Notes under the pieces: generated by a model | What the model was told of the DNA's origin: nothing | The model's database searches: none | What the model saw: only the letters and a program-made list of their open reading frames with translations | Source: Candidatus Kapaibacterium sp. | Lineage (GTDB): Bacteria; Bacteroidota; Ignavibacteria; Kapaibacteriales; UBA2268 | Direction: 5' to 3' | Length of the DNA stretch: 64,000 bases | Assembly (NCBI GenBank): GCA_963664875.1 | Contig: OY761611.1 | Coordinates: forward strand, 64,001-128,000 | Program-made: the position numbers and the translations under genes | Part shown: piece by piece, positions 1 through 8,671 of the stretch | How the letters are laid out: every line of letters starts with the position of its first letter | How positions within the stretch are numbered: position 1 is the stretch's first letter

Positions 1-733
1 CGCAGCTTGTTACCAATTTTGTTTGATTCGCATCGTACAGATTGATATTCATAAATTTTACCATCTGCTTGATTTCGTCGCTGAGTATAAAGTTATGTCC
101 CTGCTTTTTGATATATTTACTCATGTAAAGCGGCGGGATATTCCTTACTGCATATTCTTTAAAAACGCCTGATCTGGCTTTGTCTAATACTGCATTATTT
201 ATGTCGCTTGCCAATATTTGGAATTTTACGTTCGGGAACATTGGCTGAATTCGTTCTTTGATGATAATAGCCAATGTATAGGCTTCTTCACCTGTGGAAG
301 ATGCAGCACTCCATATCCTAAAGACAGGATTGAACAAATCCTTTTTGGCTTTCAGTATTTCCGGCACAATCAGTTGCTCGAATGCATCAAATTGCTGTGG
401 TGCCCTGAAAAAATATGTTTCATTTATTGTGATGGCCTCAAAAAGGTCATTCATTTCTACTCTACCATTTGGAGAGTCTATGAACGTTAAATACTCTTCG
501 AAAGAATTCATATTGCGTGCCGCAATACGTTTTGCAATTCTTCCCTCTAACAGGTATTTTTTACTTTCTGTGAAATAAATGCCACTGAGTCTGTAAATTA
601 AGTCTCTCATATTGGCAAATGTATCATCACTCATCATAAGTTTTTTCTCCGTAGGTAATGACGAGAGACCCGGTTTGACTGAGCCTATAGCAGGTTTTGC
701 CTTGTTTCCAAATTTGAATAGTTGAGAAGCCAT
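1..733 (-). CDS. cheR: Chemotaxis protein-glutamate methyltransferase CheR (3' end runs off window; absent from ORF track)
   Basis: Manual translation from ATG at 733: MASQLFKF...IYRLSGIYFTESKKYLLEGRI...ITINETYFFR...RIWSAASSTGEEAYTLA...ILASDIN; these are canonical CheR motifs, and the frame is open to the window edge. Confidence 0.93.
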   Translation of the reverse strand, partial: MASQLFKFGNKAKPAIGSVKPGLSSLPTEKKLMMSDDTFANMRDLIYRLSGIYFTESKKYLLEGRIAKRIAARNMNSFEEYLTFIDSPNGRVEMNDLFEAITINETYFFRAPQQFDAFEQLIVPEILKAKKDLFNPVFRIWSAASSTGEEAYTLAIIIKERIQPMFPNVKFQILASDINNAVLDKARSGVFKEYAVRNIPPLYMSKYIKKQGHNFILSDEIKQMVKFMNINLYDANQTKLVTSC

Positions 734-768
734 AAATTTAATACTCTCAGGAAATAAAAATAATGATT

Positions 769-2136
769 TTAAATTAGTTCGTCTAAGATCTCTTTTGCGT
801 AGTTGCCCGAGTCACTTTCTTCCTGAGCTAAAATTTGCAAATCTTCTCTTAGAGAAATAATACTTAGCTGACTGATTAGGTCCAGCACTTCTTTTTTGTA
901 TTTATTATCTTCGCCTTGGAGTATGGAGCTTAACTTACTGTCCAGTCTCTCTGAATCTAATTTGCGTACTAATTCGATTACTGCAGAAGTACTTCCTTTC
1001 GGGTAATCTAATGCAGCGTATAAAATTGATGTCAATAGGTTATTGACGTTTTCCTCAGGCAATTCATGCCAGAATTGTGCTAATAATCCTACAAATTCTA
1101 CTTCGCTTCCGTCAGGCGCATGCTGGCTGAAGTAAGCATTGAAAAATGAAGTTATTACTTCATCAGGGCTATTCATTGCCAATACCGAAAGTATATGCAG
1201 CTGAGTGTCCTGATTGTTTTGTGCTACTTCATTGAGCAAAGAAGAAATGTCTTCCTGCCTATAGCTATCACCCAAAGCCACAAGACCGGCACCTCTGATT
1301 TCCAAATCTTCGTCCAATAAAGCATTCTGAGCTATATATCTAAGCTCTAAAGGGAGCTCTATTTCCTGCTCTAATCTAAAAGCAATAGCGTAAATTGTTT
1401 TTAGTATTATTGGCTGCAGTTCTTGGCTGATTGAAGGCAATTCTCCCAAAAGCTCGTAGCATAGTGACATATCTTCGCCGCTATAAGCTATAGCGTCTAT
1501 AGCTGCAAACTTTGTAAATGATTCCTCATTAGATCGTATTATCGAAATCAAAAAGTTTTGTGCTTCTTCTCCGCCGATTTTGCCGAGAGCATCTATAATA
1601 TTTGGGCGAAAATCTTCATTTCGCTCGTAGAGTTCTGTAAAGGCATCTATTGCTGCAGCACTTCCAATATTGCCGAGAGCTTCGATAGCCGAAGCTACGC
1701 AGTTGGAATCTTCGTCGTTTAGCAAAGGTAATATATATTCTATTTCGCTTTCACCGGCAGAAAGTCCGATAATGTCGCAAGCATATTTGCGAACATCCAT
1801 ATCGCTGTCGCCCAGATAAGGTAGGAGAGAGTTTACTGAATGTTGACCCAATTTTAGCAGAATATCGCCTGCCAAATTTCTGATTTCTATATTGCCGATA
1901 GTAATCAAATCAGAAATTGCTTCGGCAGCTACATGAGCCATAGTAGGGCAGACATTCATCAGAGCACGTGAGCATATATCTCTTATGCCTCGATCTTCAT
2001 CTTTAAGCCCTTGTGCAAATGCATTGATAGAATCTTGGTTACATTCACCAACATCCAATATATTTTGTGCTGCTAATAGCCTTTCATTTGGATCTTCCGA
2101 GTTTCGGAAAATGTGCAATTGAGTAGATAAATCCAT
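769..2136 (-). CDS. HEAT-repeat protein, CheR-associated
   Basis: Repeated HEAT-like units (IRNLAGDILLKLG, VRKYACDIIG, VASAIEALGNIG, IIDALGKIGG); directly upstream of cheR. Confidence 0.85.
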   Translation of the reverse strand: MDLSTQLHIFRNSEDPNERLLAAQNILDVGECNQDSINAFAQGLKDEDRGIRDICSRALMNVCPTMAHVAAEAISDLITIGNIEIRNLAGDILLKLGQHSVNSLLPYLGDSDMDVRKYACDIIGLSAGESEIEYILPLLNDEDSNCVASAIEALGNIGSAAAIDAFTELYERNEDFRPNIIDALGKIGGEEAQNFLISIIRSNEESFTKFAAIDAIAYSGEDMSLCYELLGELPSISQELQPIILKTIYAIAFRLEQEIELPLELRYIAQNALLDEDLEIRGAGLVALGDSYRQEDISSLLNEVAQNNQDTQLHILSVLAMNSPDEVITSFFNAYFSQHAPDGSEVEFVGLLAQFWHELPEENVNNLLTSILYAALDYPKGSTSAVIELVRKLDSERLDSKLSSILQGEDNKYKKEVLDLISQLSIISLREDLQILAQEESDSGNYAKEILDELI

Positions 2137-2278
2137 AATTAACTCTTTATGTCTTACACTAATATTTAGACGACTTCAACAGATAAAATTGTTCAAACTG
2201 TTGTTTTTTATGTCTTAATGCTCATTAATATTTATCGACAAGCATATTGGAAAAAACGTACCTGTTTCAAAATAATTT

Positions 2279-3703
2279 TTAACTTATATTTTTTCCGGTA
2301 ATATTTATTCCTAATTGCTCAATTCTGTACCTAAGTTTAGCTCTTGAAACTCCCATTAGCTTTGCAGCTTTGATTTGATTACCGTTAGTAATCTTAAGGG
2401 TTTGTATTATCAAATCTTTGATAATATTACCCATGGCAGCTCCGTTGCGAGAAATTTTCAGATAGTGCTGACCTTCGGCAAGTTCTACTGTTTCGTGGGA
2501 AGATACTTCCAAAGTGCTACCGATTGATTTCAAAAAGCTAAGTGAGTCTTTTGTGATTATCTCATTGGTTTCGAGCAAGATTACTCTCTCGATGGCATTC
2601 CTCAGTTCCCTGACGTTTCCCTTCCACGCATAAGTATTGATAATCGTAGCAGCTTCGGGAGAAAAGCCTGTTACATTTTTGCCAAACTTCTTGTTAAATT
2701 CTTTTACAAAAGCAGTAGCCAATTTGATTTTATCATCGCCTCTCTCTCTCAGAGCCGGCAAATTGATTACAGCAACATTCAATCTGTAAAACAAATCTTC
2801 TCGGAATTTGCCTTCTTTCACCAATTCTTCTAAATCTCGGTTTGTAGAAGCAACCACTCTAACGTCAACAGAAATTTCTTTCTGTCCGCCAAGTCTATAA
2901 AATCTTCTTTCCTGCAAGACTCTTAGTAGTTTGACCTGAAGCTCTAAACTTAATTCGCCAATCTCATCTAACAAAATAGTTCCGTGTTGTGCCTGTTCGA
3001 ACTTTCCTTGTTTGATTTTCTCCGTCGCACCTGTGAAAGCACCACGTTCGTAACCGAATAGCTCATTTTCAGCGAGTTCGTGAGGTATTGCACCACAGTT
3101 CACGGTGATGAAAGGACCTTTTGATCTTGGTGAATTGTCATGTATATAGCGGGCTATCAATTCCTTACCGGTACCTGACTCTCCAAGAATGAGAGCAGTT
3201 GTGTCGTCAGCACCTGCGATGATTTTACTCATCTCCAGAGCTTTCATCATGCCAATACTTTCGCCAAGTATTTCGCTTGGTGTTTCCTGTTTTACCTGTT
3301 CGGATAGAACCTCAACTCTTCTTTTTAAATCATAATTTTGGAGGGCACGCTCAACAGAAACCTCCAATTGTTCCAAATCGATAGGTTTAGTGATGAAATC
3401 TTCTGCACCTAATTTCATAGCTCTGACAGCCATTTTGATGTCAGAAAACGCAGTCATAATTATGACAGGCATCTGGTAGCCTTGTTTGCGGAGTTGTTCT
3501 AGTATATCCAGTCCGTTCGCATGACCTAAAAATATATCTAACAGAACCAAATCCGGGCCTATTGTATGCATTTCGTCTTGCGCCTTCTGAGGATCGGTGT
3601 AAGTTTCTACACGTGAAAATTTTGAAGACAAAATATCTCCAAGAGTCGAATTAACTAATGGGTCGTCTTCTATTACTACAATTGTGTAATTTTGTTTTGC
3701 CAC
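2279..3703 (-). CDS. Sigma54-dependent response regulator (REC-AAA+-Fis HTH, NtrC/AtoC family)
   Basis: REC (VIEDD, LLDIFL), Walker A GESGTGKE, GAFTGA, LDEIGE, FREDLFYRLNV, WKGNVREL, C-terminal HTH GNQIKAAKLMGVSR. Confidence 0.95.
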   Translation of the reverse strand: MAKQNYTIVVIEDDPLVNSTLGDILSSKFSRVETYTDPQKAQDEMHTIGPDLVLLDIFLGHANGLDILEQLRKQGYQMPVIIMTAFSDIKMAVRAMKLGAEDFITKPIDLEQLEVSVERALQNYDLKRRVEVLSEQVKQETPSEILGESIGMMKALEMSKIIAGADDTTALILGESGTGKELIARYIHDNSPRSKGPFITVNCGAIPHELAENELFGYERGAFTGATEKIKQGKFEQAQHGTILLDEIGELSLELQVKLLRVLQERRFYRLGGQKEISVDVRVVASTNRDLEELVKEGKFREDLFYRLNVAVINLPALRERGDDKIKLATAFVKEFNKKFGKNVTGFSPEAATIINTYAWKGNVRELRNAIERVILLETNEIITKDSLSFLKSIGSTLEVSSHETVELAEGQHYLKISRNGAAMGNIIKDLIIQTLKITNGNQIKAAKLMGVSRAKLRYRIEQLGINITGKNIS

Positions 3704-3730
3704 GTTTTCTTGCCGGGATTAGTTATAAAA

Positions 3731-4810
3731 TTAGTTTCTTGGTACAGGTAATTTGACATAAAAAGTAGTGCCTTCGCCGATTTTACTTTCCACATCAATT
3801 ATTCCGTTATGCTGGTGCATAATACGCTGGGTTATAGGCAAGCCCAAACCGGTTCCATCCGCTTTTCTGGTAAAGAAAGGATTAAAAATCTTTTGAAGAT
3901 CTTCCGGTGGAATGCCTACTCCGTTGTCTGTAATGGCTACAATGGCGAATTCCCCCTCGCCGTGCTTTGTAGCCGGTTCTGTATAAGTTTTTATTTTTAT
4001 ATTACCTTTAGTTTTGATTGCATCTGCAGCGTTTGTAATTAGATTTATAAACACTTGTTGCAGCTGTTTATTGTCTGCAGGAACCATAGGCAATTTTTCA
4101 TCAAAATCGAGTTCTACTATTATTTCCTTGCGTTTCAGCACAGATGACACTAACTCAAGGGTAGTAGGTATCAAATTATTCAGGTTTATTCCCTGAATAT
4201 CCGGCATAGCAGGGCGAGAAAAGTTTAAAGTTACTTCCACTATCCTTGCTATTCTATCGACCCCCTGCATAGCAGTTTCAACATATTTATATTCAGCAGC
4301 GGTCTTTTCGATATTTCTCTGTAGTATTTGCAAATTAAGATTTACAGCTGCTAATGGATTGCGAATTTCGTGTGCCACACCTGCTGATAATTGACCAAGA
4401 AGAACTAACTTATCTGCCTGGACAAGTTTATCAGTCAGAGCGTGCTGTTCGCTGACATCGCGAGCAATAGCCTGAATAAGTTTTTGACCGTTGTAATCTA
4501 CAAACCTCGCACTGACTTCCACCATCAAAGTGTCGCCGTTTCCTTTATCCAAGCTCAGCTCGGAAAGGACAATCGGAGAACTTGTTTTCTTTAATAATTT
4601 AAAGATACGTCTGAATTGAGGAAGAGTGGTTCCTATCAAATCATCTTTGGTTTTTCCCAATAAAGTAGCCGAGTAATCATTAGCGTCGAGCACGCTCCAT
4701 GATTCGGGTTGTACGATAAAAACTGCATCGGTAGCGTTGTCAAAAAATGATTTGTACCAAGCAAGTTTTTTCTCTAATTTTTCTATTTGTAAGTCTTTGT
4801 CAGAAAGCAT
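3731..4810 (-). CDS. Cytoplasmic PAS sensor histidine kinase
   Basis: N-terminal PAS; H-box AHEIRNPL, N-box QVFINLITNAADA, DNGVGI, FNPFFT, GTGLGL; no TM segment. Confidence 0.93.
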   Translation of the reverse strand: MLSDKDLQIEKLEKKLAWYKSFFDNATDAVFIVQPESWSVLDANDYSATLLGKTKDDLIGTTLPQFRRIFKLLKKTSSPIVLSELSLDKGNGDTLMVEVSARFVDYNGQKLIQAIARDVSEQHALTDKLVQADKLVLLGQLSAGVAHEIRNPLAAVNLNLQILQRNIEKTAAEYKYVETAMQGVDRIARIVEVTLNFSRPAMPDIQGINLNNLIPTTLELVSSVLKRKEIIVELDFDEKLPMVPADNKQLQQVFINLITNAADAIKTKGNIKIKTYTEPATKHGEGEFAIVAITDNGVGIPPEDLQKIFNPFFTRKADGTGLGLPITQRIMHQHNGIIDVESKIGEGTTFYVKLPVPRN

Positions 4811-4814
4811 AAAT

Positions 4815-7001
4815 CTACTTTTTCTCAGGTATAGTCGGTTTATTAACTTCGTCAGTATTAGTACTGTCCTTCTTCAGATCCTTAAAAGGATTTTGGAAAT
4901 CTATCAAACCTTGTGGTTTTTTCAAATCCATATCTTTTATCAAAGTTTGAGGATTGTTGAATAAATCCTTTCCTTGTTGGAGCATTTGTTCTTTTTGTTG
5001 TTGCATCATTTCCTTTGGATTAGACTTTAACGGGTCAAATCCTTTAGGATTTTGTTGTGGCTGATTTGGATCTCCGATTGCATTTGGTCGTTTTAGTATT
5101 TGCTGTCCTTCGCCCGCTTTTTTACCTTTCTCCAACTTAAATGTATCAGGTGTTTTAGGTATAAACTTAAACTCCAGATTATCCTCTGTTCCGCTCTCCA
5201 CCGCTACTTTATATTTTGTGCTAAGCAAGACATCTGCGGCATATTCTGACTCAGGATACTCGCTGATTAGCTTTGCGTAGTATATTTTGGCACTATCGAG
5301 ATTGTCTATATCATTTTCGTAAGTCCAGCCAATAGAATATAATGATTTTGGAGCTAAAGTATGCTTAGGATATTTGGTATATAGCTTGAGGAACTGATCT
5401 ATTGCAAAATAAAATTCGCCGTATTTGCGGAGATCTGCTCCGGAATTATATAACTCAGCTACAGAGTCAATAACCATAGCCTCAGTAAAGCCTAAGAGCT
5501 TGCCTGCTTCTTCGGAATATTCGGTCAGAGGAAACTTATTAACAATTTCTTCTAAGATGGAATCAGCAACGTAAGGGTCTTTTTCTCTTACAATATGGGC
5601 ATAGTTAAAATAATATTTTGCTGATGTGGTATCGTTCGTAGGTGCCACTTCAACTGCCATTTTATAATAATAGAAAGCAGAATCGGGTTCCGCGAGCTTT
5701 TCCTGCACTCTTGCCAAATCGTAAAATGTAGAAGCTAATTTTGGACGCAAAGTATCGGGTACATATTCGTCTTTCTGCATTCTGATAAGTCCGGGCTCTG
5801 CTTCAGTTTTGAGCATATCCCAAATATTTACGTTGTAATATATATCATTAGATACATCAAAAACAGGGCTGCGGCTTGTGCGCGCTTTAGCGAAATATCC
5901 TCGTGAAGCAATCCATTCGTGATTGTTGAATTTGTCCATACCGCGTTCGTAGTAGTAGCAATTGAGAGCTGGGTTGCTGACAAAAGCTGAGTCTGCGTAC
6001 CTTTCATATTCCGGCATAGAGTTATTATCTTCCTGCAAACGTTTCGTCTGCATTCTTTCAATGTAAATGTAAGGCTTCCATTCTTCCCATTTTCTGTCAG
6101 AATCGAGGTCTGCGAGTATTTCTTCAGCAGCTTCGTATTCGCCTAACCTATTGAGGCAGGCAGCTTCATAAAGGTAAGATTCGAAAGTAGCAAGATAGTC
6201 GGGGGAGTATTCCCTTGCTTTAATAAATTCGGCTTTTGCTCTTTCAAATTTTCCCATTCTGTAGAGAAGTGCAGCCATGGCAACCTGCCATTCTGCTTTA
6301 TACTTACCGTTGTCTGTCTGAATGATTGCTTGTTTGTATGGTCGAAGTGCAGCCTCGAGATCTGCCTGATAAAGTGCAAGTTCTGCTTCGAGACGGAAGG
6401 CTTCGGACAAAATGTCGTAACGCTCTAACTGCCACGCAATATCCACAGTACGTGAAAGCATTATCTTACCGGGGTAAAATTTACGCTGAATTAGCAAAGT
6501 TTTTGACAGAAGCAAATGAGCATCCGGTGACCATTCACCATCGGGATATTTATCTATTAGCTCTCCGCATTTTATTTCGGCAGGCAACCATTCGTTTTTG
6601 TAAAAGAATGTTTTTGCCATTAGGTATAGCGTACCTTCGACATACTTGCTTTTAGGGTGTTTCGCCAAAATTTTGGAGCCCTTTATCAGCACAGAATCAA
6701 GCTTTACTTTTACTGGCTGTAGTTTTTCTTTTGCAATGATAAATCCTTTCAGGAAAGGAGGTGTGCCTTTGTCCGATTCCATTTTGGAATAAATCTCCGG
6801 GTCAGGAATATAAACATGGGGAGTAACACGCTCTTTCTCATCGAAATAAGAAAATTCGTCTTCACTTTTAGCCATTAGGGCTTCTGCGTTGTAATATGTG
6901 TTGAAGTAGGTAGTAAAATTATCGTACTGCCTACATCCTGCCAGTATAATTACTGATAAAGAAAATATAAGAAAATGTATTTTATATTTAGATAAAAGCA
7001 T
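4815..7001 (-). CDS. TPR-repeat lipoprotein (possibly PorW/SprE-like)
   Basis: Likely start ATG 7001 gives signal MLLSKYKIHFLIFSLSVIILAGC (lipobox); NFTTYFNTYYN, KYPDGEW, KYPKHTLAPKSLY and EYPESEYA TPR/BamD-like motifs; low-complexity Q/P/K tail. Confidence 0.75.
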   Translation of the reverse strand: MLLSKYKIHFLIFSLSVIILAGCRQYDNFTTYFNTYYNAEALMAKSEDEFSYFDEKERVTPHVYIPDPEIYSKMESDKGTPPFLKGFIIAKEKLQPVKVKLDSVLIKGSKILAKHPKSKYVEGTLYLMAKTFFYKNEWLPAEIKCGELIDKYPDGEWSPDAHLLLSKTLLIQRKFYPGKIMLSRTVDIAWQLERYDILSEAFRLEAELALYQADLEAALRPYKQAIIQTDNGKYKAEWQVAMAALLYRMGKFERAKAEFIKAREYSPDYLATFESYLYEAACLNRLGEYEAAEEILADLDSDRKWEEWKPYIYIERMQTKRLQEDNNSMPEYERYADSAFVSNPALNCYYYERGMDKFNNHEWIASRGYFAKARTSRSPVFDVSNDIYYNVNIWDMLKTEAEPGLIRMQKDEYVPDTLRPKLASTFYDLARVQEKLAEPDSAFYYYKMAVEVAPTNDTTSAKYYFNYAHIVREKDPYVADSILEEIVNKFPLTEYSEEAGKLLGFTEAMVIDSVAELYNSGADLRKYGEFYFAIDQFLKLYTKYPKHTLAPKSLYSIGWTYENDIDNLDSAKIYYAKLISEYPESEYAADVLLSTKYKVAVESGTEDNLEFKFIPKTPDTFKLEKGKKAGEGQQILKRPNAIGDPNQPQQNPKGFDPLKSNPKEMMQQQKEQMLQQGKDLFNNPQTLIKDMDLKKPQGLIDFQNPFKDLKKDSTNTDEVNKPTIPEKK

Positions 7002-7171
7002 ATCAATCCCGCATAATTCTTGAATAATAGCTCTCTTGGACAAACTATCACTCCATATTACCGCAATATAATAAAAATTGGCTAATATTAGCAACAATTC
7101 AATCAAACGGAAAGAAATAAGTGATATTTTATTTCAAGTTTATTTTGGTAATATACACGGGTAATACCGGC

Positions 7172-7981
7172 TTAGTTCATGGCAGTAAAGGCTCGTGACT
7201 GCACTTCGGATACCAAATTACCCGTAAGTTCGGTTAGCCTTTGAGAATTGAGCCTGATGTTTTGTTCGAGTTCTCGTATTTTATTTTTGAGCTTGAGTTT
7301 TCTGGATGTCACCCAAAAGGCATCTTTAAGCTTTTCGTTTATCTTGAAAGCATCGGAGTTTTTCAAATCTTCTATTTTTTGCTTTTCTCTTTGGATTTGT
7401 ATTTCAAGCTGTTTGATTTCAGTTCGCAAAGAAATTTCTTTAAGCTTTGGAGCTGCTATTTGCTCTTGGGTGTTTTCGCATAGTGCTGTATAAAACATCC
7501 TAAGCCTATCCAGATTCTTAGTTCTGTAAGCTTCCTGCACATTATTCCAATACTTATCAAAAAGCTCTGAGTTGCCGTTTGCGTCCGGGTGTAGTTTTTT
7601 TACTAACTGACGGTAAAGCTGAGGAATTTCGTAATTAACATTAACGTCGCAATTGTCATGATTTGGCTGAGAGTTTGAGGAAAATTCCTTTTCAACTACA
7701 ACATCTACCATATTGAGAGTACGCTGCGAAATCCTTTCACCTCTTTTGATTTTGCCGGTGAGAATTTCGAGCCTCCTTTCCAACTCGGAATGTTGCCTTG
7801 ATTTTTTTTTCAATTCTGATTCCAATTTACCAAATACAGTGTCATAGGTAAACAGCAAAGCGGGTTTTACCTCATGATTAAGTTTAAACCAATCGTCTAA
7901 TATATTTAGCAACTCTTGTTTGTATTGCTCTTTTTGTTGCAAAAGATCGCTTACAACAGAGGAACCTGAATCTTTAAACAT
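7172..7981 (-). CDS. Coiled-coil protein with internal J-domain (HPD) motif
   Basis: LYRQLVKKLHPDANG...VQEAY flanked by long coiled coils. Confidence 0.75.
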   Translation of the reverse strand: MFKDSGSSVVSDLLQQKEQYKQELLNILDDWFKLNHEVKPALLFTYDTVFGKLESELKKKSRQHSELERRLEILTGKIKRGERISQRTLNMVDVVVEKEFSSNSQPNHDNCDVNVNYEIPQLYRQLVKKLHPDANGNSELFDKYWNNVQEAYRTKNLDRLRMFYTALCENTQEQIAAPKLKEISLRTEIKQLEIQIQREKQKIEDLKNSDAFKINEKLKDAFWVTSRKLKLKNKIRELEQNIRLNSQRLTELTGNLVSEVQSRAFTAMN

Positions 7982-8026
7982 ATTTTACTTCTCCTTTCGT
8001 TTTGCGTTTGTGTCCGTCCGTGGTTA

Positions 8027-8362
8027 TTATTGTAATTCATCAAGTGCTTCGAGCGCAAATCTCAAATGCGGAATGACAATAGATCCGCCAATTACTAATG
8101 CAATATTGCAGGCTTCATTGATTTCGTCCTTGGTAGCACCTGCCTGCACACTTTTTTCGATATGATACAGTATGCAATCATTGCAACGAAGCACCATAGA
8201 GCCTACTAACCCCATAAGTTCTTTGTTTTTTGAAGAGATTGCTCCTTCTTCGTATGTTTTGGTATCCAGAGCCATAAATCTTTTATATGGCAGGAAGTCC
8301 TGCTGCATGATTTTATCATTGCCGCTTTGTCTTCTGGCGTGGAAATCGTCAAATTTCTTCAT
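8027..8362 (-). CDS. Carboxymuconolactone decarboxylase / AhpD-family protein
   Basis: KNKELMGLVGS..LRCNDCILYH..GATKDEINEA: CxxC AhpD-like core. Confidence 0.88.
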   Translation of the reverse strand: MKKFDDFHARRQSGNDKIMQQDFLPYKRFMALDTKTYEEGAISSKNKELMGLVGSMVLRCNDCILYHIEKSVQAGATKDEINEACNIALVIGGSIVIPHLRFALEALDELQ

Positions 8363-8573
8363 AAAAATTCTAAATTGTTTTTCTAATGTGCTAAAGTTTT
8401 CAATAAGTATGCCGATAACAAAATGTTTCGCTGTTCTCTTTGTAAAGATAAGTATTAATAGCTAATATTGTGAGCTTATTTTTCCACATTATGAAAAGGT
8501 GTGAAGGGAGAAACTAACTGATAATTAGATATTTACATCTTTATCTGGCGACGGGTGAGGCAGTCTTAGATTG

Positions 8574-8613
8574 AAAAAAAAAGCAAAAATCTTCTGGGAA
8601 GAAATTTGCTTTT
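8574..8613 (-). terminator. Putative intrinsic terminator after BatA-domain gene
   Basis: AAAAGCAAA-AATCTTCTGGGAAGAAA-TTTGCTTTT inverted repeat with an A9 run (U-tract on the minus strand). Confidence 0.55.
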
Positions 8614-8671
8614 ATATTCTAAATTATCGTATTAAATTGTCTAAAAACAGCCTGAATGGCTAAAATTATCA

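Noticed and set aside
218-578. Plus-strand ORFs of 90 and 94 aa
   Set aside because: Antisense shadows of the cheR gene on the minus strand
8400-8416. Sigma54-like CGGCAT-N5-TTGA on the minus strand upstream of the AhpD-like gene
   Set aside because: The -12 element is GA rather than GC; too weak to call without data
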